DNA from: Harriotta raleighana
Taxonomy: Eukaryota
Reading direction: 5' to 3'
NCBI GenBank assembly: GCA_050575255.1
Contig: JBNZDD010013610.1
Location: forward strand, 2,092,366-2,156,365
DNA length: 64,000 bases
This document shows positions 53,474-63,782 of the stretch, one piece after another. Positions within the stretch are counted from its first letter, which is position 1; each line of letters begins with the position of its first letter. The translations under genes and the position numbers were made by a program. Below the pieces are notes generated by a model. That model had not been told where the DNA came from. It ran no database searches and saw only the letters and a program-made list of their open reading frames with translations.

Positions 53474-53662
53474 AAATCACAGAATCATAGTGTTATACAG
53501 CACAGAAGGAGGTCATTCGAAAAGAGCTCTTTGAAGAGAGCTGCCCATATCAATCCCACTGTCCCGTTCTTGCTGCATAGCCCTGCAAACCTGTCCTCCT
53601 CAAATAATTATCTACTTCTTTCTTAAAAGTTTTTATCTATTCAGCTTGCACCACTTTCAAGC
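53474..53662 (-). mobile_element. CR1 LINE 3' end fragment
   Basis: atcacagaatcatag tail, cagcacagaaggaggtcattcg, aatcccactgtccc; complementary to 28400-28588. Confidence 0.8.
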
Positions 53663-54017
53663 AATATTGGCATATTTAGAATGTGTCAGAAAATGTTAAA
53701 GTAGAATTCTCTGCTGGCTTTCCAATGGTAGAAGATTTGAACGAAGTGCACTTTGGACCAAAACTGCTTTATATAAGCTTGCTCCGGTTTTAAGTGATAA
53801 ACATATAGTTATCAAATCAAGGAAAATAAATTCCCATAGAATTCCCAACATCTGTGGCAACTTTGCCAGCTAGCAATGTACTAATCTACCTATGTACTGT
53901 ATCCCATAATGTAACGTGTAGTGACGGTGTGTTTTGTGGATGAAAACACGGCAGCCGGTTGTGCACAGCAATGTTATTAAGTACTGTATGTTAATATGTG
54001 GCATGTTTCCTTCACAG

Positions 54018-54207
54018 CACAGGAGCTGGCACATCATGAGGAAAAAGTACTGTTGATGGAGAGCAGCCTGCAGACCACACAAGACCAACTGAGCGATCGT
54101 ATCGCAGAGATTGTACGGCATGAACAGACAAACCGCAAGCTGCAGGCCGAGCTCAGGGCACTGAAAGAACGGGCAATGAACAAGGACAAGGAAACGGAGG
54201 AGGACAG
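54018..54207 (+). CDS. PMFBP1: Exon 16 (190 nt, 1-2): (A)QELAHHEEKVLLMESSL...KETEED
   Basis: tttccttcacag| acceptor, ACAG|gtaaag donor; phases match both neighbours. Confidence 0.92.
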
Positions 54208-54451
54208 GTAAAGCATTTAAGGATAACTCCTTCAGACAAATCACAATATAAAAGGATGACAGGCTGAGAATGGTTATTTTAGGCAAAGTGATTTGAGTAT
54301 AGCATTATAATTAAATATTAAGTAAATTAATGAATAATCAACCAAGGTAGTCCTCATGCAAGCACCTTCTGATATTGATATTAAATCAATTGTGGTAGTG
54401 TGTATCAGAATTCTCTGTCAGGCTGTTGCTGCAACTGTCAGTTTCTGAAAG

Positions 54452-54757
54452 TAATAATACTAGCATTTTGATATAGCGGTTTTCACATCTTCAAGATGTC
54501 CCAAAATGCATCACGGAATATACGGTAAAATGAATTGACTGTATATTTGTGGGCGATATGCGGCAGCCTGATGCACCCAGCAGTGTCCCACAAACAGTCT
54601 TTGGGTTGAAATGACCAATTTATTATTATTGTTATTATAGGGATTATTATTAGGGTTGTGGAGTAAGGAAACTTGCCCAAGGTTTCGCCCGGCTTGGAAT
54701 TGAACCCAGCTCTCTCACTTGTAAGGCGAGTGCTCTAACCACTGAGCTACAGGATCC
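54452..54757 (-). mobile_element. Full-length tRNA-derived SINE
   Basis: Colinear with 52431-52782 from tail to aaccactgagctacaggatcc. Confidence 0.9.
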
Positions 54758-55954
54758 AAATTATTATCCTAATAGTTAACTATTGATATTCAGGGTTAGT
54801 TGATTGAATTTCTCTCTAAAAAGTGATTTTTGTCGAAAATCTATGCCTCCTAACCATTCCCGCTCACTGTATTATTTTAGTTAATTTAAGTACATTTTTG
54901 ATAATATAAATATTTATTTGTAGTTTTTTACATCTGCTTTCAAAAACATCATTTGTAATTTCCTAAACTAAGATATCAAATATCTTCATGTTTCATTAAA
55001 CTGTATTTTTCTGTCTTATTTAAATCTTCCATTCAACACAAAGTCGCCAACAGCAAATGGATACACATTTAATCCTTTCAGTCAAAGCATTTTAATAATC
55101 TGGAATATTTGAACCATTAAATAAAAGGTATTCACTTCACTGGGTTACCAGAAAGGCAAAATGTGGAATACTTTCCTATCATTATTTAAAGAAAAAGGAT
55201 GTCTGCACAGTCAGTGAGCAGAAGTGTTAACTACACAATATGCCAATAAGTATTAGGTTGGATTTAGTAATTAAATGATGGTTTGAAGAATAAACTGGGT
55301 ATTTGTCAAAGCTGAAATAATTCCTTAAGTATCTTCTGCTACACAGCTGGCAAATGTAATTGCTGGTGTATTGATTGTGCTTTGTGTAGAGCTGGTGGCC
55401 TGGGCGGAGGAGAGAGGCATTGGGAGTGAAGCGTATCGATTAACCGTTATAGGAGTTAGTGGTTTGTGATGTTCTGTTTGTTGTTTGGACTTTTCTCAGT
55501 GAGAAATATTTCTTTTGACAGAATGAATGAGTAAATACAGTGCAGCATGAAAAATAGCTTCTTGTGACTTCACACATTGTTATAGATGGGGCATTTATCT
55601 ACTGCATTGAACGCTTCCATAGGAATACTCTTGTAACACTAACAATAAATGAGAATGGAATTACCTCACAGATTTTCAGATCAATGACTTTCTTATCCTA
55701 CCAGAACTAAATCTTTTGGCTGTTCATAGAGGAAGACTGTATTAAGAATGTTAGTCTCAGGAAGGCAAACGTTGTTTGGGTTCCTGTGCTGCGTAGAGTA
55801 TCACAGTCGAGAATCACACTCATGAAATGAGTTGTTTATCTCACTTCACTTATTAGGAGAAATGATAACTGATTAACTGATTTAATTGTTGTGGAAGGGA
55901 GGGAGTGAAGAGCTACAAAAGACCTCAACATCCTGATTTGAGAAGATGTAATAG

Positions 55955-56150
55955 GGGGATGATAGTCAACCAAGGTTTAGCAGCTGATCACTAGCCATAG
56001 ACCTCTATTCCCCTACTAGAAAGACCATGTGTGTGTGTTAGGTGAGGACAGGATCGATTTTTGGGTGCGATGCCCTGTGGTTGAATAGGCCACTAAAACT
56101 TGATGTATAGTGAGTCAGGTCCTGGAGGTCACCCAGTGCCTGTGCAACCA
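55955..56150 (+). mobile_element. Ancient SINE fragment, AmnSINE2-like
   Basis: ctgatcactagcca..cccctactagaaag..tgtgtgtg..aggtgaggacaggatcg..tgcgatgccc..gttgaatagg resembles the recalled AmnSINE2 consensus; related pieces at about 59110-59225 (+) and 56930-56980 (-). Confidence 0.5.
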
Positions 56151-57121
56151 AAGCCCCATTAGAAGGGGAAAAAAAAGTCAAATGCCTTCAGGGGAGAAGG
56201 AGGGGAAAATTAGAATATACAAAGATAAAGAACATACAAGAGCATGCATTCTGTCTTTTTTAGTAATGGACTGGACAACCTGCAAATCAATTGTATTTAT
56301 TTATTTATTATTAATATGAAACATCTATTTCTATCTTTCACCTCCTTGTATAAAAACATTTCTTGGGATTACAACAATTGATTTTGTGTTATAAGAATAG
56401 GGCTTAGCATGTTTGCTCTCCCTACTAAACCTTTGATCCCACCATTGAATCTTAATTTAGTTCTGCACCAACTGGTGCAGCATCCCTTCAATCCTGCTGC
56501 ATCAATACAATTTTATCATAGAAAATTACATGGCTCCTAGCTATGTTTTCCACCACGAGAATGTTCAGACCCCTGTTGGTGTAAAAAGGACTGGTGGATC
56601 CCAATGACACAAGGTAGAGAGCCTTAATGCCTCTGCATGTATTTTTGACAGCCAGCAAACAAGATCAAAGACTTCAGAAAGTTATTATAAATGTTGTGCT
56701 CTTAACAGAGTCCTCTGCTGTATTGTTTGTTCAAAGCATGTGAAGTGAATGAAGGTATATATTAACTACCTAAGTTGTAGTAGTCATCACTTTCAAAATT
56801 AAGCTGTACTTCGTATACTGCACTCACCGCTCTCCCTCGATGCAGTGGTAATTTATCAGTCTCATACCTGAGTAGTCAGTTGGTCCACCTCAGCCCACGC
56901 TACTAAAAGGCACCAAGCTAACGTAAAGCAAACCTTTCCACCAGGGAGTCATTGGAAATGTGCTTAAGAAGCTCGATTCTCTTCCTAAATCTATTTTGGA
57001 GGAGCTCCAGATGCTGAACAAATTTGTAAGCTGGAATTCATGTCTGGCCTCCGTATGTTAGTATTGATTTGATCAAAGATTTATATTTTTAAAAAAAGAT
57101 AAAATGCAGATATCAACTCAT

Positions 57122-57411
57122 ATCCTGTGGCTCAGTGGTTAGAACACTCGCTTTACAAGAGTGAGACCTGTGATCGAATCCAGGCAGATCATAGAAAACC
57201 TTGGGCAAGTTTCCTTGCTCCACACACACACACGCCTAATAATCCCTTCAAACAAACTACAATCCGTGGGTCACTGCTGTGCGCAATTGGCTGCCGCGTT
57301 CTGCCCACAATTATACAGTCAATTCACTTTATAGTATATTCTGTGAAGAGCTTTCGTACATCGATAAGATGTAAAAAGAACTATATCAAATTCCAGGATT
57401 ATTATTATTAA
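57122..57411 (+). mobile_element. Full-length tRNA-derived SINE
   Basis: tcctgtggctcagtggttagaacactcgctttacaagagtgagacctgtgatcgaatccaggcag ... tatcaaattccaggattattattatt. Confidence 0.9.
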
Positions 57412-57753
57412 TATTTTCAAATTAAAAACTTAAAAATTAACAGCAAATTAACCAAATCTAAAAGGGAAACTTCAACACAGCTAGCAACCGAGTAAGAATT
57501 CATTATCTTTCATATACTGTTTGACTTGCTGAATATCGCAATTATTTTCTATTTTCATTTAAAATTTCTAACATTTGCTATTTTTAGTAATATTTTCATG
57601 GAATGGGAACCATTGCATCCATGAGATGTGCAACTCTTTGTAAACCTGGGTGGGTATCAGTGGATTAAACATTTGAATGAATCAGAGCAGCTCTGAACAA
57701 TTGTGTCAAACAACATCCCTCCCTGACTACCTTCTCTTACATTAAATATACAG

Positions 57754-57907
57754 GAGACTGATTGAAAAGCTCAAAGCTGAGAGTACACAGAGTAAACAGA
57801 ATCATGAAAGTGCTGTCCAGGCAGGAATAAAGCAACAGCAATCTGCTCACAAGATGGAAATGGAAGTTAACAACACCAGAGAGCAAATGAAAATACTGCA
57901 ACAGCAG
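57754..57907 (+). CDS. PMFBP1: Exon 17 (154 nt, 2-0): (R)RLIEKLKAESTQ...KILQQQ
   Basis: atatacag| acceptor, CAG|gtaggt donor; split codon AG+G = Arg. Confidence 0.9.
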
Positions 57908-58334
57908 GTAGGTCGGCCGGTCAGTGAGCAGAGCTGCAAATTTAAGGCTATGAAGCAGCAACTTCAAAGGCCATTCATAGCATGGCACATATGCCTAAGG
58001 TCAGAGATCATCTACATTGATTGTAATAGGTTATCTTCAAAGCAAAGCCTTCTCAGTTCAACCATCTTTTCTCTGATACCGTCATCTTTGAAAAAGAGAC
58101 CACCTGCAGAGACTCATCTACTGAGGATCCAAACCTTGGAATAAATCCCAGCAGATATGTTAGTCTCTTGTATAATGCAACAATAAGTGTTACAAATATA
58201 GAACAGACATTGTGTTGCATCTTTTTCTGAAGTAGCGTTGTGATCGTATAATTTGTGATTTTTAAACATTTGTGCTTTTGTTCATCATTAGCTTTTGCCA
58301 GTTTCATGTCCCTGCTCTTCCCATCCCAATATCC

Positions 58335-58585
58335 GCAGGCAGGCTTTCAGATTTCCTGCCCCCGATTCTCTGAAATTCCATCACACAGTCCCTCTGACTC
58401 ACTATCTCCCTCACCTCATTCAAGGTCGACCTCAAGACCTATCTCTTTCACTTGGCTTTTAGTCATCTTTCCCCTTCCACACCCTCGGCTCCCAACTGTG
58501 GCTCAGGTGCCCAGCCAGTACTGCTTTAGTGCATTGGGATGCCCCCCCCCCGTCGTGAAAGAAGCTACATGAATGTAATTCTGTA
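58335..58585 (+). mobile_element. Diverged L2 LINE 3' end directly upstream of exon 18 acceptor
   Basis: ggctttcag..ttcaaggtcgacctcaagacctatctcttt..gcattgggatgccc..cgtcgtgaaagaagctacatgaatgtaattctgt, homologous to 14745-15000 and 33400-33530. Confidence 0.75.
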
Positions 58586-58598
58586 TGATATATTTTAG

Positions 58599-58766
58599 GT
58601 GCAACAGAAAGATGACATGGGAAAACGGCTTCGAGAGGAATTAAGCATCGAACAATCAAGGCATCAAGAATTAGAGAGACAGCTTCAAAAACTGAAAGAA
58701 CGCGCAGGAGAACTGGAAAGAGAAACCGAAAGCATGAGTGAAAAATTGAAAACTAATTCGCAGATG
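58599..58766 (+). CDS. PMFBP1: Exon 18 (168 nt, 0-0): VQQKDDMGKRLREE...KTNSQM
   Basis: tattttag| acceptor, ATG|gtgagt donor. Confidence 0.9.
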
Positions 58767-59765
58767 GTGAGTATAGAAGATAAACATTTAACAATAAGCA
58801 TGACTTGTAGGGGCAGACCATTCACTGGGAGCAGAAATTAATCCCATTCCGCTCCTGTTAACCCTGCGAGACACAGATCGAAAGCGTCAGACAGTGCTCT
58901 CAATAGCAAATTATGTGATTTTAGCTGGTTATATCCCTGCAGTATGCCAGCACACACCCGGAATTCGATAAGCAGCGTGCATCCTTCCAGGGAGAAAGCG
59001 CACAATTTGTTTTCAGACCCAGGAAAATTGCCATGTTTAGGTGGCAAACATACATGGAATTTTCAGTCTGGTTTGGATACTAGACCGAGATGTGGTGATA
59101 GTTTTTAGACACCCGGCAGGCCAGACATCCTGCTGAAAAATGTGGATGAGTCAAACTTGGATGTAATTGCTCCACAGTTGAAAGCACACCAACATTCACA
59201 CAGATATGAAGAATGGCCATGTAGAAAAAGGGGCACAGGGTGACAGGTATCACAGAACTGTATGAGTTGAGACATCTTTTTAAAAAACAGCACACATTTT
59301 GTGTGGAAAATGCATTAAAAAATTATTATTTTATCAGTGGAGGACAGTACTGTACACTCCCAAGACTTTCATCTATTGCGTCTGTATTTCTTTTCCTCTA
59401 CAATGACTGTTACTGTGTCCATCTTAGATCTGTAATTGAATAGAGGATATCTCACTGGTGATATTGATTTTCTCACAATCCTTTACAAGTAAGAAAGACT
59501 AGCAACTCGGGAGTACCACCGCCCGTTAGCCAACGATAGCAGCCTCATGCACAATTAGAAGAATTCCTGGACCTCACTAAAACCAGTGAGCTATTCTATT
59601 TGCTCTTTGGGGAAGAGCAATACATAGAGCATTAACAAAGGCTTTAAATTCTAGAGAGATCTGCCAGATGTCAAATGAGAACTCACAGATTATATATTTT
59701 TGATAATTCAAATAACCTTTCAGGCAGTGTAAATATCATTCACTCCTTCAAAATAAATATGTTTC

Positions 59766-60128
59766 ATAATAATAATCCTTGCATTTTATATAGTGCTTTT
59801 CACATCTTCTAGACGTCTCAAAGCTCTTCACAGAATATACTATAAAGTGAATTGACTGTATATTTGTGGGCGAAATGCAATTGGGCACAGCCGTGTCCCA
59901 CAAACAGTCATGGATTGAAATGACTAATTTATTATTGGTTTTTTTGAGGGATTCTTATGTTTGCTCTCTCTACTCAACCTTTGATCCCACCATTGAATCT
60001 TACAAGTAAGAAAGACTTGGAGTAAGGAAGTGTAGAGTAAGGAAACTTGCTCAACATTTCTCCCTTCCTGGAATTGAACCAAGTCTCTTGCTTGTAAAGC
60101 GAGTTCTCTAACCACTGAACTATAGGAC
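59766..60128 (-). mobile_element. Full-length tRNA-derived SINE interrupted by a roughly 70-bp insertion
   Basis: Colinear with 52431 and 54452 except 59957-60030. Confidence 0.9.
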
Positions 60129-60579
60129 TCTATATTTGTGGGTTTTCTGAATAAAATTGCATATTGATTTTTTTCCTGGTAATTATACCTTCTTTCAAAA
60201 TACATATCGGTTATTGTCAAAAAATAATTGTCCAATTATAATGTTTAATAATGGCACTTTTACTTGTGAACATTAACAAAAATCTCCTAGATTAATGTTA
60301 ATCAGTTAACTGCTTTCATTAATGAAGTCAGTTTGCTCACTGTAGTCAATTCTGATGTCATTCAGGTAACAGAGAAAATTAAATATCTTTAATTTATAAT
60401 TTATCAATGGCTCGAAGGGTAAAATTATTTTATCCTACTATTTTGTAATGCGTGTGGATTCATCCATAGAGACAAAAAAAAGAATTAAGAAGAATAGAAA
60501 CCCTTGTCACTTTTAAGTATAGGCATGTTTAAATAGGAATGACAAATTTCAGATCCCAAGTGCAAAGTGGAAACGAAAG

Positions 60580-60723
60580 CCTTGGACATTTATTTGGGGA
60601 GGACGGTTTTGTGAGATTATGGGGAGAGAGCTGGGGAGTGAGGTGAAACTGCTCTTTTTATAGAGTCGGCACAGACTCGATGGGCCAAATGGCCTCCTTT
60701 TGTGCTGTAAGATTCTATGATTC
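60580..60723 (+). mobile_element. CR1 LINE 3' UTR fragment
   Basis: ttatggggagagagctgggg..agagtcggcacagactcgatgggccaaatggcctccttttgtgctgtaagattctatgattc; close to 28477-28588. Confidence 0.88.
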
Positions 60724-61571
60724 CACCTTGTTGTACCCTGTGAGATCATCGTTTCCTAAAATTTAAGATTGCGCAGAATTGTGGAATATTCTTAGTTCAC
60801 TCTGAATCTGGATGCCAGTTTCCCACCGGTATTTTAAAATATGTCTTCCAAATTGTTACTGAATTTAAGAATTTTGCAGAACTCTGCACAGTCTTATAAG
60901 ATAGTTCTTAAGACTTTTGAGGTTAGGTGGAATTTCAGACCTTAAGTATCTGCTTAAAGATTGTGATCAGATGACACCCAATTGTCTGGATGAGTTTATT
61001 TGTATCTTTTGTTTATGTAAAATAAAGCGTTTCACTAATATCAGCATAGAATTAGCATGACTGGTATTGCGCACACTGCTCCTCTCATATTAAATATATG
61101 TTTGGACGGGTTGCGAAAGGTTAAACAAATAGATGTAAAAGTCAGTAATGAAAACCTCTGGTCTTCAAACACATGCTTCCCTTGAGACAGGCTTACATAC
61201 AACTGATATAATGAATAGCTTACTCTGTAGAATAGATCTGAATATATTACCGTTCTGCTTCTGTGATAAGACATACAGCATTAACCCTTCAACAGCAAAA
61301 ACGTATCTATAGACTACATAACATTTCTTCAAGATGGCATTAACCTTGTTCTAGTTAACTTTAGACTGATTTGTATTGCATTCTGTAAATCTGTAAATAA
61401 GGATCATCAGCTCTTAAGAGATACAGATTAATAAAGATGTTTACAGAACTACATTTATATGCACATGTCTCTATCCATTAACATGTGAATGTGGACCTGT
61501 CATAAGAGCAAACCAAAAAATATTGTACCTAACTACAGTAAATTCAATGCTTATATATATTAGATAACATA

Positions 61572-61632
61572 TTATATATATGTGTGTGTATATATATGTA
61601 TGTATATATATATATATACACACACACCACAC
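61572..61632. repeat. (TA)n/(TG)n/(CA)n compound microsatellite
   Basis: Seen directly. Confidence 0.9.
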
Positions 61633-61808
61633 AGTAAACTTCTGTAAAATATCATTAACTGTTGGTTGAAGTAAATGTGGGGGTTTGATGTGCAAAATAT
61701 TATATATACTACTGTCTTGTATAAGGAAGAATTTATCTAACGAAAATTGGTGAGAGAAGGAACAATTACATCTAAACTGATGTACAGAATCTTCATTTTG
61801 CTTCCTAG

Positions 61809-61976
61809 CTGAAGGACAGGGATGATCGGATTTCAAATCTCGAATCCTATTTGACTGAGTTGCAGAGAAAGTACCAGACGCTGCTTAGTAAACACAGAAA
61901 TTGTGAATCAGAAATGCACTTGAACAAGACAAGCCTGATGTCAGCTCACAAACAGAACAAACACCATGCCAAAGAG
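61809..61976 (+). CDS. PMFBP1: Exon 19 (168 nt, 0-0): LKDRDDRISNLESYL...KHHAKE
   Basis: ttttgcttcctag| acceptor, GAG|gtaaga donor; not listed in the ORF track. Confidence 0.9.
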
Positions 61977-62664
61977 GTAAGAATTATTATATGTATTACC
62001 TATTGTCTAGCAGTAGAGGAATAGGCTATGAGTAACGACCAGATAAGTTCGGGCTCTCCAGCCTCGGCAAGAGACCTCTCTGAAGGGAACCTCGTAGAGC
62101 TATAAGATGGTTGATAGGGTAGAGAGAGTAATTGTAGATCAATACTTTCAGATGCTCTCAAGATAGCAGGACAAAAGATCACAGGATCAGTGTTAGGAAG
62201 GCAAGTTTAGAACAGAAAGTAGGATTTATTTATTTACTTACAGAGCAAGTAGCAAACACAGATGGTTAGGGTTATCAGGAATTGTGGTTGAGGCCATTTT
62301 TAGCTCTTAAATAATCACTTGAGGCTGCCAAGGATAAGCAAGACAATTTGGTATTCTGGAAGTATGTGGTTGGTCGATGACTGAAATGGTTCTCTCTTAT
62401 GATATAGAAAATTATAAGCAGAAAATATATTCTCATAGTGATGTTGCACATGATTGAAACATCACATGGAAAATGATATGCAGTACAAGATCAGATAGCG
62501 ATACATTGCTGGCCATGTTTCATAACCTTCAATAAAGTGGTTCCATAACATTAGAAGCACAATTAGCCAGAATGCTTCAACCAAATCCGGTAATCTTGCC
62601 TGTGGCAAGGGTAATTTGGGTCAACTAATAAAATGTTCTTAAAATGATCAATAATGTGATAATC

Positions 62665-62725
62665 ACAACAACAAAAACAAATTACACTTGTATAGCGCCT
62701 TTCACATCAGGAAGATGTCCCAAGG
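62665..62725 (-). mobile_element. L2 LINE 3' terminus only
   Basis: acaacaacaaaaacaaattacacttgtatagcgcctttcacatcaggaagatgtcccaagg. Confidence 0.8.
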
Positions 62726-63707
62726 TCATTGATTAAGAATTCTATGCTTCCTAAATTTGGAGAGGCAACTCATCAATTGTTGTTAATTTGCTGTTAGATT
62801 TATCCTTTATTGTTCTCTTTTAAATAAAGACTTTCTGTTTCCTCTTTCCTTTTCAATTGTTTTCTTTCTCCTTCTTTGAATTTCCCTGCATTGTATTTGA
62901 TTAGATAATATATTTTAGCACTCTGCTACCAATTACAGGACATTTAACTTTATAAACATTTTAATGGCTGTGTTTCTCTGTTGAGTGTACTGTTTTATTG
63001 AGCAAGAACAATGTTCTTACTCATCTTGTTGCTGAACTGAAGACTAGGGGCATAATACTTCAATTGACTTAAAGTTGATGGTTCCTCAATATAGAATACA
63101 GACCGAATAATTAGAATTAAAACACAATTTTAAGGCAAATCTTTGATTGAAAAATCAACTATTTTCATTTGGACTTCATCAACCTTGTATATATTCTAAG
63201 ACTAATTATTCAAGGTATCTCATATATACAGGTTTATACAGGAATTGATAATCAACTGTTATAGCCAATGAAGAAGTCTTCAGATAACGTTTGCTCCGGG
63301 AGCACTGCTCACCTCATCTCAAACTCAAATGAAATAATCACTGCTTTACACTTTTCTACACAGTGTAAATATTCTATAGGACAACAACAAAAAACAGGTG
63401 CATTATAAGCAAGAATAAATATAAAGCACCAGTACTAAATAGAGATTTGTACGAGGATGAGCATCCTGAGTTTTACATTAAGTTCTGCCTTGGTGTTGGC
63501 ACAGTTTGAGATGGTTGAAGCCAAATTATGATTCAGACTTCTGTTTCTTAACTTCTCCAGCTCAACAACGCTGAAATTGAATCAGCCGGAAACCCCAAGG
63601 CATTTGATTTCAAAGCAAAAAATTCCAGTCTCACTGCAATAAGCGTCAATGTATCTATGTGTGCTGAATTACAATGCACTCGAAGGAACCAGACAAGTTA
63701 ATTTTTT

Positions 63708-63782
63708 AAGTGCTTCACAGGATACACTAGAAAGTGAATCGACTATTTTTTTTCTGGGCGAAACACGGCAGCCAATTTACAA
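63708..63782 (-). mobile_element. SINE body fragment
   Basis: gtgcttcacaggatacactagaaagtgaatcgacta...gggcgaaacacggcagccaattt. Confidence 0.7.

Larger units (their letters stand above)
629..61976 (+). other. PMFBP1: Internal portion of a multi-exon gene for a long coiled-coil protein, PMFBP1-like (19 exons, 1038 aa in window; probably incomplete at both ends)
   Basis: Exons with AG acceptors and GT donors chain in compatible phases with no stop. Peptides EMTLDLFKQKYQSCMKKITELECAKQILEGEL, IAKLQTDFAS, YQGMVHKMNAELCTITEQKNNSIKDVARLE and EKQSTMVKCLEMEL...SLKAEIQQLKQELQEA occur in the same order as recalled human PMFBP1 segments ([82 protein letters not shown]...ALQAEVQKLKNSLEEA). Assignment is from memory, not a search; CCDC18-like is the alternative label. 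Confidence 0.75.

Noticed and set aside
53870-54286. 138-aa minus-strand ORF (likewise 46335..46625 and 30966..31199)
   Set aside because: Antisense shadows of coding exons; no splice or homology support.
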